Assembly (NCBI GenBank): GCA_965645245.1
Contig: OZ287069.1
Location: 1,364,001-1,428,000, forward strand
DNA from: Massalongia carnosa
Lineage: Eukaryota
DNA: 64,000 bases
Direction: 5' to 3'
Part shown: positions 1-11,772 of the stretch, piece after piece
Layout of the letters: every line of letters begins with the position of its first letter
How positions within the stretch are numbered: position 1 is the first letter of the stretch
Made by a program: the position numbers and the translations under genes
Notes under the pieces: model-generated
Told to the model about the DNA's origin: nothing
The model's database searches: none
Seen by the model: the letters and a program-made list of their open reading frames with translations, nothing else

Positions 1-25
1 CTTTTTCAGACCTCATCTCAATGAG

Positions 26-1411
26 ATGAGTTTAAAGGCTCAACGTCATGCAGATGACAAAACTTTTGCTTGTCGACTAGCCAATGTCAAAGCCACTGTT
101 GCATGGAATGGCATCAAACCTCAAGAACGTATGTCTCTGATGTTGGAAGAGTCTTGGCTTCCAATTGAAGAAGTCTTGATTTTCCGATATGAGAATGGAG
201 CAAAAAGTTTGGCCGTCGATCTAATCTATCAATTCGCTCGGACCAAAAGCGGTGAAATTCCAGAAGATCCGACTGCTGCCGTTTCCAAAAAGTTGGGAAC
301 GGCCACCTTGAAATTGCAGAAGGAGTTGGAGGAGAGGGCCATTCTTCATGGTCAGACAGTTGAAAGAATGACGGCTCTACAATCTATGCATGTCTGTAAG
401 AAGAAGACATGTGAGAATTTCGGCCGATACTGTTGGAACGATGAAGAAAGAGATCAACATTACATTATCAGCAGTCATCAGTTCGTGGCTTGGAATAAGG
501 CATTGGATGATGACGTTTCGGGAGTCACTTCTCAGATGCCTCCATCGACTATCAGGGAAAGTATGTATTCGCAAAAAGGTAAAAGGAAGACTGCATCATC
601 GACTCCGAAACAGGAAAGTCAGGAAGATTCGACCAGACATTTGCATCCCATCTATCAGAATCCCGCGTATCAATTCTTCCCCCCCTGAGCATTTGCTCCC
701 CCCTCGACGTTTGTCAACCCCTCAGCATTTGCCAACCCCTCGGCATTTATTCCTTCTTCACCACTTCCCCAGCTTCATTCGTCCCAGTCTCCTTCTTATT
801 CTCCTTCTTAAGCTTCCGACTTCGGACGTCATCGAGACGAAACGCCTGTGGATCGAAGAGATCGTCAAGGAAGTTATGCCCCCTCCGTCGTCGCCCCTCC
901 CGCCGCTCCGAGCAGTCCGGTAGAGGAAGATTTGGAAGACTATGTCAATTGGCATATCCAATTCAAACCTCATCTGAAAGGCGTACTGAGGCATGCGTAC
1001 GATCGACTGATGGAAGGTGGGTACGATTTAATGACTATCCAGACATTAAAGGGTATTGAGCATCTGTCCTTCTGGTCGAAGCTGAGTATTCCTCCCGGTA
1101 TCGGAATTCAGCTGGCACGAGATGTCAGCAAATTTGGAAGACAGATGCAGATGCAAATGCCTCCGCCTTCCTCTCGGCGAATGCCTCCGCCCCCGTCTCG
1201 GCAAATGTCTCGACGTCCACGTTACCTGCCAACTTCGCAAATGACCACTCAGGCCAATACTCAGGTCATAAAAGAGGTGGATGAGGAAGAGGTGGATGAG
1301 ACACTAGGGGAGATAAAAAGGGTTGATCCGAGAATGGAAGATGCCATTGAGGAGGATGAGTTGGAAAATACGTATAATCTAGAATACGACTATGCCGAAG
1401 AAGAATATTAG
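26..1411 (+). pseudogene. Decayed hypothetical gene (Cys/His cluster plus SAM-like helical C-terminal region), convergent with the Tc1 transposase
   Basis: ORFs 26-688 and 848-1411 are in the same frame, separated by in-frame stops TGA (686) and TAA (809) within a Pro/Ser-rich NPSAF-repeat linker. The frame is open back to the window start. Contains CKKKTCENFGRYCW...H. Confidence 0.55.
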
Positions 1412-1462
1412 ATTAGATTTCGAAATGAGACAGACAAGATGTCTGCAGACAGCAATCTAGAT

Positions 1463-2478
1463 CTAGATCTGAATAGTGGGATACTGAATACCGGCCATTC
1501 TAAATAAATTTCCCGGGTCTCCCATTCGACTTCTTTCTTTGACTGCATCCCGAAGAAATTGCCCGAACCCTCTATACACCTCGGTATATGAGAGACTCAT
1601 CTCTCTATTTCGACGAATCCATGCTTTCAGCAATGCAAACGACGTCTCAATTGGATTGAAATCCGGAGAATAAGGAGGTAGTCTTGCCAAGGTGACGTTG
1701 GCAGCCTCACACATCTGAATGAGATCGTCATTCCAATGAATTCGAGCATTATCTAACACTAAAACAGATCTAGGACCTCCGTCGGCAGTGCAATGAGGAA
1801 GGACGTGATTTAGAACAAAAGCATTGAAGATCAATGCTGTTATGGAGCCCTGATGCACCTCCCAAGCTATATATCTATAGACCGTAAATGCAGGAAGAAT
1901 GCTCCATCTCTTTGACCTTCTCAAATCCTGAACCATGGTCGCAGGAACACCGGCCAGTGCCCAGCTGTATCGACAATCACCTATATATGAGATGAGAAGA
2001 AAGATGAGAAGAAGATAGGAAGATAAATACCGGTTCTTTCACACGCGGCACTTTCGTCTAGGAAGACCAATTGCTCGGCAGTCCAACCTCCTAGTCGTTG
2101 CATCCAACCGTCGCGTAGAGTTTGATTCCGTTGAGCTGCCTGACGTCTCACCTTCTTTCGATTCCAACCAAGTCGTCTGAGGGCACGACTGACAGTGGAT
2201 TCGTCGACGGAAATCTGAAATTCATCCAGGTAGGCGTGGGGGCGTTGCTCCAGGAATTCCAACAGTTGCAATTCATGATACTGACTCAACTTTCTAGGTC
2301 GATGACCAAGAGTTATTTGTGGAGCGACGACGTCTCCAAAATTCGTCCAATCGGACCTCATCAATTGCACCTGCCGAAGACTGACTCCGGTGACTGCTGC
2401 TATTCTTTTGTTATCGTCATTTCTTACAAATCTGAGGGTAATTGTCTCCCTCATGGCGGGACTGAGGGGGCGAGGCAT
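1463..2478 (-). CDS. Tc1/mariner-IS630 superfamily transposase, DD34E, two exons (2478-2031, 1980-1463), 321 aa
   Basis: N-terminal HTH-like region and motifs FLDES / VLDNA / YSPDFNPIE, with 34 residues between the second D and E. A 50-nt GT..AG intron at 1981-2030 joins the two ORFs in frame (ERTG|DCRYSW). Confidence 0.88.
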
Positions 2479-2731
2479 CTTGACGAAAAATAGAACGGGC
2501 AAGGGCGGAGGAGCTGGGGATGGCAGTGACTATTTTCTACAGCTACGAATTTCAGTACTAGAACAGGTAGTAATGCATAGTTATCACATAGACGGTGAGG
2601 GAAGTTTGGCTGGTTGGTCGTTATTTTCGCTAAATTTTGAGGTGTCGTGGCCATTTCGGGGACTTCTAAACCTCAGACGTTTTTTAAATTTCATACCACA
2701 TAGCTCCCGCTGCATAATTAGTCAGCCCCCT

Positions 2732-3044
2732 TATGAAATATAAATTCACTTTGTAGGTATAGTAGCATGATTGTCATTGAAGGTAATTATCTATGTGGGC
2801 TATTTGTCTGCTTTATATAGCAGTTATAAAACAGTCACATCTAGGAGGTCAGACCTTGTCCCCCTGACGGTCAGACCTTGTCCTCCTGGCGGTCAGATCT
2901 TGTCCTCCTGACGGTCAGACCTTGTCCCCCTGACGGTCAGACCTTGTCTCGAATCTCTGCTTGTTTAGGCACTTTGCAAGGCACCTCCCGAGGCTTATGA
3001 TGGATGCCCATGATGATTGTGGCCTCATCATCTAACATCCAACA
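2732..3044 (-). mobile_element. Solo LTR just inside the left MULE TIR
   Basis: 5-bp TSD CCCCT (2727-2731, 3045-3049). Ends read TA...CA on the + strand. Similar to the solo LTR at 37858-38101 (shared TAGCATGATTGTCATTGAAGGTA and ATGCCCATGATG). Confidence 0.7.
2847..2948. repeat. 22-bp tandem repeat (GGTCAGACCTTGTCCCCCTGAC), ~4.6 copies, inside the solo LTR
   Basis: Units start at 2847, 2869, 2891, 2913 and 2935. Confidence 0.9.
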
Positions 3045-4935
3045 CCCCTAACCTCGTAAGGGCTAAAACTAAATATTGATGTAAACATGGGACGCGTCTC
3101 CCCTATCTCACCGTCTTCAATAATCATACCTCGCTGTCTCCAACCTCGAAGTTATTCAACATGTCTTCATATTTCGATGCCACCAAACCCGAAAGCGACC
3201 TTGATAGTCAAGACGCCGTCAATCAAGACGTCAACAGTCAACTGACTGTCGCCCGAGGACCAGCTTCCTCCGCTCCGCTTCCGCTTTCCACCTTGTTGTC
3301 TCTTCCACCCAATCTGTTATTGATTCGTCAGCAAGCATTTCAGCTGCATGCAGAGTTGATTTGGACGGCGGATGAATATACACAATTCTGGCCGTTTGTG
3401 GACAACATCTGGGTGCATAATCATACAGGGGCGATGACGAAGAAACGGATTCAAAAATCCTATTGGTACTGTAGGCTATGGAAAAATGACGTCGAAAAAA
3501 AACCCGAGGGACATGGAATTCGAGCTAAACGTCTAAGAATAACTTCTTCCTGCAGCAAAAAATTAGCTATGTTGAAATCATTTGATGATGCAGATAATCT
3601 GCTAACGGTGAGGTTATATGCATACGCAGAAAAACAGCTTGATCAGCAGGAGCACAATCATACTTTGGAATATTTAGATAGTATCAAAATCAACTCCGCA
3701 ATAAAACTCACTGCAGGCAAAGAGGTGGCAAAAGGATACACCCCGGCCGTCGTCAATCGAAATATGCAAGGCATCAAATGGCTAGGAAATTCTGAAACCT
3801 TGAAAGACGCAGGGGGCTCGCATTTTAACCTCAAAGCCGTTCACAATGCTAGCATTGATTTCAAAAGAGCGCATCCTGATGCACGAGTATTGGGGGCTAA
3901 AGAGGCCTGGGTTGATCAATTGAAGGATTGTTTTGATGCTTTGCAAGTATTGGGCGAAGACGTTTTAGCTGCAAAGCTTGAAATAAGTCGTGCAGTTGAT
4001 GGAGATAAATCATACGCTATAGCATTTGCAAAAAGGTCTAGATTGAAAATTTTGATGAAACGTGGTCATTTGACTTTGATGGATAGCACTCATAATACTA
4101 ATCATCTGAAATGGAAATTATTTACCCTGATGATTCGCGACGAATATGGAAGCTGGATTCCTGGAGCTCATATGCTAGCTAGCAACGAAGACGGTGATAT
4201 CATAGGAGAATTTCTTCATCAAATCAAACAATGGTCTAGGGCATGGAGACTTCGTTACATCCTCACCGATGATTCTGCAGCCGAGCAACGAGGCGTCAGC
4301 CTTGCCTTTCAAGGCCTGATAGCAGAGGGAGATAGAGGTTTCACATTTTCTTTGTCGCACCTATTCAGAGCGTACGTTGAATCGAAAACTTAGTGGTGCC
4401 AGATGTCAAAATGCCAGAAAGCATTTATATGATGCTCTATATTTCAGGAAAACCGAGCTCGGATACGATGACAGTATCAAAAAAGCTTTAAAAGCAGCCC
4501 CTGAAGAAAAACGTCAATATATAGAACGAGAATGGATGTTGACTAAGTCTCAATAGGCTAATTATGCCCGTCAGCATTCATGATTATTGATGCAATGCAT
4601 GACCACTAATCCGGTTGAATCTTGGCATGCATCCATCAAAAAGCATGCAGATGGTAAGATCGTCATATTTTTGAAGCTTCATTCGCCACATTAATTAGTA
4701 TAATAGGTAAAGCGGATTTCATGACTTTTTCGTTGACGGGGGCTGTAAATCATGTGATTCGCGTAGGGGATCAATGGGAAAATAGAGCTCGCGCTGAAAA
4801 AGCTATCTTTCGTACTACTAGCACGGCCGAATGCCAGGAATGCCCTCATCTACGAAAATTTCCCTTTCCAGTGCAAAAGCTTATAGTTGATCAATGGAAG
4901 CTAGCTGCTAAAAGCCTAGCAGAGGGTGAAGCACC

Positions 4936-7900
4936 TGTTGTAATGTGCAAAGTCACCCGGCTGATGCCTAGTAAAGTGTTCAGAGTCACATAGTACCGCA
5001 TTGGGATTAGTGCGTTGGTAAGAACATTAGGCAACACATAACGACCTCGAGAAGCACCGCAAAACTTCTATGAACATTCCCATCGAGTCATAAATTGGAT
5101 ATGAGTCAATCACCAATCTTAGATTTCTAGGAAGCAGGAAGGTGAGTCATAGGGAGAACGGTTTTCGGCATGTTTTTCTATCTATATAAACACGGTCCTT
5201 AGATAGGTAGATAGAAATATCAATCGTTTCAAAAGTGAGCTTTTTACTATGCCAGCAGAGCTTCTATTACAATAGGTTATGAGCCCGGAAAGCAATTTTT
5301 TCTTCCGCATAAATTAATCTATCTATTCTGTTGTTTTTCAAAGTTACGAAGCCATACTTCTCTTCGTTCCATCCATCAGTTTTCCTATTATTGGACCATG
5401 TCTGGAAAAGAGAGCGATTCCGCAGCTCCCGCGAAAGAGGGCACAACCCCTGATGGATCATATTCAAAAGCCATTCGAAAAGGAGACTATAAAGTAGAGC
5501 CGAAGCTTGGGTCCAACAACTATCTGACCTGGGCCGATGACATGCAACTTCTTCTCAAATCTAAAAGGATGTGGAGGATAGTAAACGGGGCCATTTCTTC
5601 TCCAGACCCTGTCACCCATCCAAAAGACTATGAGGAATGGTTTACTGATGACACTCAGGCACAGCTCTGGATCAGGGGCAATATAGAAAAGTCTCAATAT
5701 GTCACTGTTAGGAACAAGGAGACCGCAAAGGATGTTTGGGCAGCATTGAGGAACGTCCATGGAGTCAAAGCCAAAAGCAGAATATGTGTGCTTCACAGAA
5801 AATTCTATACATATGAAATGTCAGTCGATCAACCCATCGATGAGGTCGCCAATGAATTGCAGAACCTTGCGATGGAAATCACAGATATAAAGACTTCAGA
5901 ACAGCCATCAGATCTGTCTGTGGCCATGACCCTCATGAACGCCATTAAGGACCCAGCTTATGACACCGCGAAGTTCATCCTTGAAGACCTTGGTGATCCC
6001 ACATTAGAAAAGACTCTGGAAAGCCTAAAACGGGTGGAGCAACGACTAAAAGATGGGCAAGAGACCGAGACGGCCAATAAGGCCATTAACAAGGGTAAGG
6101 CAATCCCCAAATGCTCACATTGCCCAAAGAGGCATAATAGCAATGATTGCTGGGACTGGCAGGACAACACAGATGAAGGTAAAAAATGGGTCAAAGAACA
6201 CCCTAATGAGGTGAAACCTAGACCAGAAAATAACCGAAAACCAAAGAGTGATAACAAGCAGTCCAAAAACAAACCGAGAGGAAGGGGGGCAGCACGAGCA
6301 GCAAAGGATGAATCGAATAGTGATAGTGAGAATAGTGCGTGGATGGCGCAAGATGATCAACACTCACCTGGATGGGTAATCGACTCAGGAGCCTCCAGGC
6401 ATATGACATACAACAAATCGATCTTCACCCAAATCAAGCCATACCGGACCACCATTAGAATTGCAAACGGCGAAAAACTCTTCTCCGTAGGAGTAGGTAC
6501 GATTTGCACCAATATCGATGGGAAAAATATCCGGATGACAAACGTTCTATTCGTGCCTGAACTAGACGTCAACTTGCTATCAATTGCAGCCCTTAATCGG
6601 AAGGGTTTGAACGTTTCATTTAACCGGAGAGGTGTCGAGATTTTCAGGGATGGTACTTTGGTCGCTACCGGAATTCTTAGGGGACGGGCGTACTTCCTCC
6701 ACACATCTCATGTGGCCCTCGAAGCCCATGATGAAAATGATGATTTAGATGGCCCCGAACCACCGGCAAACCTTAAATCAACCACATATCTGACCTCGCT
6801 TTCCTCCGGCGAAATTCAACCCAAAACTCCTCCTCCTATTACCCCTGACTGCATCGATAGCGATCCAGTGGGAGCACCCAAAGAGACCACCAATGAGGCC
6901 ACCAATGAGGCCCAATATTGGTTATGGCACACACGATTGGGGCACCCCAATGATATACGACTTCAACAAGCAACAGGGAAGAAATTTTCAAAGGCAATTC
7001 TGGACCTACCGTGCCAGATTTGCAATTTAACTAAGATGACCCGTACAATCAGCAAAATTCCTTTCTCGAAGGCAAATAGACCACTCGATAGAATACATAC
7101 TGACGTTTGGGGTCCATATAAGAAGGCCAGTTTAGGTGGGCATACCTATTTCGTTTCTTTGATAGACGACTATACCCGAAAATCTTGGCTCTTCTGTATG
7201 AAAAGTAGGGCAGACATATACCGCATCATAAAAGACTGGAAGGCAATGGTCGAGTTGGAAAAGGGGCTCAAAATCATTCGCTTTCGTGCTGATAATGCCA
7301 AAGAGTATAAATATCTCGCAGAGCAACTTCAGCCATTAGGAATTCGTATGGAGCCAACCACCGCATACACGCCCCAGCAGAACGGTGTCGCCGAAAGATT
7401 CAATAGAACCATTGTTCAAATGGTAAGGTCTATGTTGGTATGGGCCAAATTGCCACAATCTTTCTGGGGGGAAGCAGCAGTAGCAGCAAACCACCTCAGA
7501 AACTTCTTACCTACCACCAACACCACGTCGCCTAATGAGTCTTGGACCGGGCTAAGACCTAACATCAACACTCTTCGTACGTTCGGATGCGTCTCTTTTG
7601 TGCATGTCCCAAAGGAAAAACGCTCCAAACTAGATAATGTGTCATATCAGGCAATATTCACCGGATATCATTCAAGCAATCAATATAGGTTATACAATGT
7701 GGAAACAAAAAAGGTGGAAATTCAGACTTCAATAAAGTTTGATGAAAAAAGACCGGGGGGATCCTTACTTACAAAAGGCCTATCATCCCCGTCCGTCGTC
7801 CTAAATGACGATGACTCTTCCGATGACAATGAATCTTCACCACCAACCAACCACCCTACTACTGATCAAGTGGGAGTTCCTACTAATGGTCATCAGCACC

Positions 7901-10141
7901 AGGGCGATGGTATTCAGCATCAGGATGATGATGCAGGTGCTCAGGATAATCTGCACCAAGATGATGCAGGTGCCCAGCACCAAAACAACCAAACTCAGGA
8001 GACAAATAGGACCCCTTCTTCATCACCTACCAGACGTTCCAACCGCAGGAAAGATGTGTATAACCGATACGAATTCGATAACTCTTATGGAAACAAAAAG
8101 GACCGGGACCGGGCAAATATAGCAAAACAACCATCCAAAGTGTACGAGCCGCAGTCATATAATCAGGCCATGCAATGCACTAACCATCGCAAATGGAAAA
8201 TTGCTATTCAAGACGAATTAAATGCTCTCGCCGCCAATAATACATGGAAATATGTTGAAAGACCAGCAGATAAGAACATCATCACCGCTAGATGGGTCTT
8301 CAAAGTGAAATACACCCCTACTAACCATGTTGACCGCTATAAAGCACGATTAGTAGCAAGGGGCTTCAAACAAATCCCCGGGACAGACTATGGGGACACG
8401 TTTTCACCCACCCTAAGGTATTAATCCTTACGAATGCTCCTATATTTCGCATGTAAATATAACTTCCATATTGAGCAAATGGACGCACCAAACGCATACT
8501 TGCAAAGCTCCCTAGATGACGAAATCTATATGGAGCCTCCCCAAGGCTTGGTGCTTCCCCCACATCTGACGAACCATGTGTTGCGCGTTCTGAAAGGACT
8601 CTATGGTCTCAAACAATCTGGCCGAGGATGGAATAAAAAGATAACCAATTATCTAACATCCATTGGTTTCAAAGCGCTCTCAGGAGACAATTGTGTGTTC
8701 GTGAATCACACTACCCACGTTATCATTAGCCTTTATGTTGATGATTTTCTGATATTTTCCAAAAGCATGACAGCCATAAAGGAGCTCAAAAGTCTACTAA
8801 TAAAGGAATATAATATGAAAGACTTAGGGCCAGCAAAGTTCATCTTAGGGATTCGCATACGTCGCGAGAAAGACAAAATAATGATTGACCAATCATCTTA
8901 CATTCGCAGCTTCCTGCAGAAATATAAGATAGATAAAGCAAATTCAGTCCTTACCCCTATGATCAACTATGATGCATGCAGTCCTGCCATCGTCAACGAA
9001 CCTAGGACAAACCAATTAGAATATCAAGAACGGATAGGGAGTTTGATGTTTTTGATGATCAACACGCGACCAGACATTGCCCAAGCATTTGGAAAGCTTA
9101 GTCAATATACGCACGATCCAGCAATTAGGCACCGAAACGCGGTAGACCATCTCATGAAATATCTGAATGGGACCACGAATTTGGCACTTACCTACGAACC
9201 CAATGACACCGGACCCACTAGTTATGCTGATGCAGCGTATGGTGATAACCATGATAGAAAATCATCATATGGCCACGTTCTGATGCTAGGAAACGGGGCA
9301 GTTATATGGGCCAGTAAGAGGCAACGGTCAGTCGTCACATCCACCATGGAAGCAGAGTATTCTTCCATGTGCCAGGCTTCAAAAGATATAGTGTGGGCAA
9401 CTAGATGGTTCGGAGAGTTGAACTTCTCCAAAGATATGAACCTACCAATTATCCTAAATGGCGACAACCAGGGTACGCTCGATTTGATAAAAAACCCTGA
9501 GCACCATAGTCGGTCCAAACATATGGATATTCAGCTTCATTATCTTCGGGAGGTCGTTGAAGACAACTATGCCACTATACAGCACGTATCCACTCACGAT
9601 ATGGTGGCAGATATCTTCACTAAACCACTGGCGGCACCTATCTTTCGAAAGTTGCGCGAGAAATTAGGCCTAAGAGAGGCATAGGAAGATGGAGGACGCT
9701 TCATCATAAGGCCACCTAAATTGACCACATAGGCCACACAAAATCAGGTTGGAAACCGGCGTTTAGGATATTATTACTCACCTGGCAACTTTGCAGTGGG
9801 AGTGTTGTAATGTGCAAAGTCACCCGGCTGATGCCTAGTAAAGTGTTCAGAGTCACATAGTACCGCATTGGGATTAGTGCGTTGGTAAGAACATTATGCA
9901 ACACATAACGACCTCGAGAAGCACCGCAAAACTTCTATGAACATTCCCATCGAGTCATAAATTGGATATGAGTCAATCACCAATCTTAGATTTCTAGGAA
10001 GCAGGAAGGTGAGTCATAGGGAGAACGGTTTTCGGCATGTTTTTCTATCTATATAAACACGGTCCTTAGATAGGTAGATAGAAATATCAATCGTTTCAAA
10101 AGTGAGCTTTTTACTATGCCAGCAGAGCTTCTATTACAATA
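4936..10141 (+). mobile_element. Ty1/copia LTR retrotransposon, full length, recent
   Basis: 339-bp LTRs at 4936-5274 and 9803-10141, one substitution seen. TSD GCACC. PBS GGTTATGAGCCC at 5275. PPT GTGGGAG before the 3' LTR. Confidence 0.95.
5398..9684 (+). pseudogene. Copia gag-protease-integrase-RT-RNase H polyprotein with one in-frame stop (TAA 8422-8424)
   Basis: Motifs WVIDSGASRHM, WHTRLGH..C..C, HTDVWGP/RADNAKEY/NGVAER, LYVDD and ADIFTKPL. ORFs 5398-8424 and 8434-9684 share a frame. Confidence 0.93.
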
Positions 10142-11772
10142 GCACCGGCAGGTGAAATGCCAGATGAGCTGACATGTCCTGTAGATTGTTTATTTTATCG
10201 ACAATATCAACTTCTATGCAGGCATCTATGGCATTATCACATCGTTTTCGAGACGTTTCAGGAGTTCGATTGGTTGGCTTGGGCCGAGATTTTTGAAGAT
10301 AGCGGCTTTGAAGTGTATGAAACGTCGGCTAGACCGAATATTGAACGTCACGAAGATATCGAAGAACCAGATCGTCATATGCTGCAGATGAGGGAGGTTT
10401 TAGACACTATAAAAGAGAAATTCTACGAAGTTATGAAGCACACCGCTGATTGGACAGCTGAGGAAAGAAATCCTCAAATAGAGAGATGGCTTGGCTGGCT
10501 GGAGAAATTGACTGGCCCAATCAGAAGACAGGAGGTGGAGGAGGCCTTGCAAGAGCTGAAAGATGAGGCGGCGACGGGGGGGTTTTGGAAGCGGCGACGA
10601 GACGAAAATGATGACTAAGGGGGGGGTTTTCTATGTTGCGCCGGGGGGAATTTTCTATGTTGGCACCGGGGGTAATTTTTCTATGTTGGCGCCGGAGGAA
10701 CTTTTATATGCTGGCATCGGGGGGGGGGGTTTCTCATCTAAGCAGCGAGAAATTTACTATACTTATGTGGGATTGAATAGTGTATGTTCATTGAACATAA
10801 GCCAAGTTCATTAAATATAAGCCAGGTGATGTAAGTAAGCAAATGGGGCTGACTAATGGTGCTGCGGGAGCTACGTGGTATGAAAAATAGAAAACGTCTG
10901 AGGTATAATCGTCGGCTCGCTTACCTCCGGGATCCGACTTGAAAAAATGTCGACCGCATTTTAGTCGGGGAAAGCGGTTACATCCCGGAAAGCGGTTGCA
11001 TCCCCTCAAATTCAAATTTCTTCATCTTTTTGATCATTGACCAACAACCACATTGATTAAAAATCAGTCGCTACCGTACATAGCTTGAAAATTATCGCCG
11101 TCATCATCACCGTCGTCAAAAACATTTCCCTTGACCCCCCTGACCCCCTGAACCTCGTGATTCTCCGCTTACTCCGCATACCCCGCATACCCCGCATTCT
11201 ACCAATTATTCGCATCTCCTGGTTGAAAAGATGCTTCTAAATCGAATTCTTTCAATGATTCTTCCAAATCGAAAGATAAGAAATCATCTCGTAGCCATGT
11301 TTCTCCTTCTAGAAGATCTGGAAGGATTGAATTATCTCCATGACCAGTGCTATCTACGATAAACGTGACATCTTCCTCATTGACATTGTCACGCGTGTTA
11401 TGATCTACCTAGAGACAAGTCATAGGGACACTAGAAACGAATACAATCAAGATGAAGAAGAAAAGATCAATTGAAAGACAAATCTCGCTCCTATATAGTC
11501 CAGCGGCCCCTAGCCCTCGACCGACTCGTGGAAGGATCTAGAAGGTTCGAGCATTGACCAGCTATGGAAACCGTGAATGCCGCGATGAGTCTAGCGCGCA
11601 CACACGATCCCGTGACTTCGGCTTGTGGCTTGTTCCGCTCCAGTCTACCGAAGTAGTGCCGAGTAGAACCGTGACACTACCCCCCGCTTTAGATCGCGAG
11701 TCACCTGACCGCGATAATGTCCGCGTTATCTCCGCTTAATCTGAGACTAAGTGACCAATGCGATTAGTGCGA

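Larger units (their letters stand above)
3161..10618 (+). pseudogene. MULE transposase, disrupted (frameshift ~4330, TAG at ~4554, probable intron ~4654-4706, copia insertion 4936-10141)
   Basis: MULE core motifs LMDSTHNTN...LFTLMIRD and ILTDDSAAEQ, followed by TTNPVESWH, and a SWIM-like CPVDC...CRH in 10157-10618 after the copia insertion. Confidence 0.88.

Noticed and set aside
390..923. 177-aa ORF bridging the two left-hand ORFs by frameshift
   Set aside because: 26-688 and 848-1411 are already in one frame separated by two point stops. The alternative frame is low-complexity.
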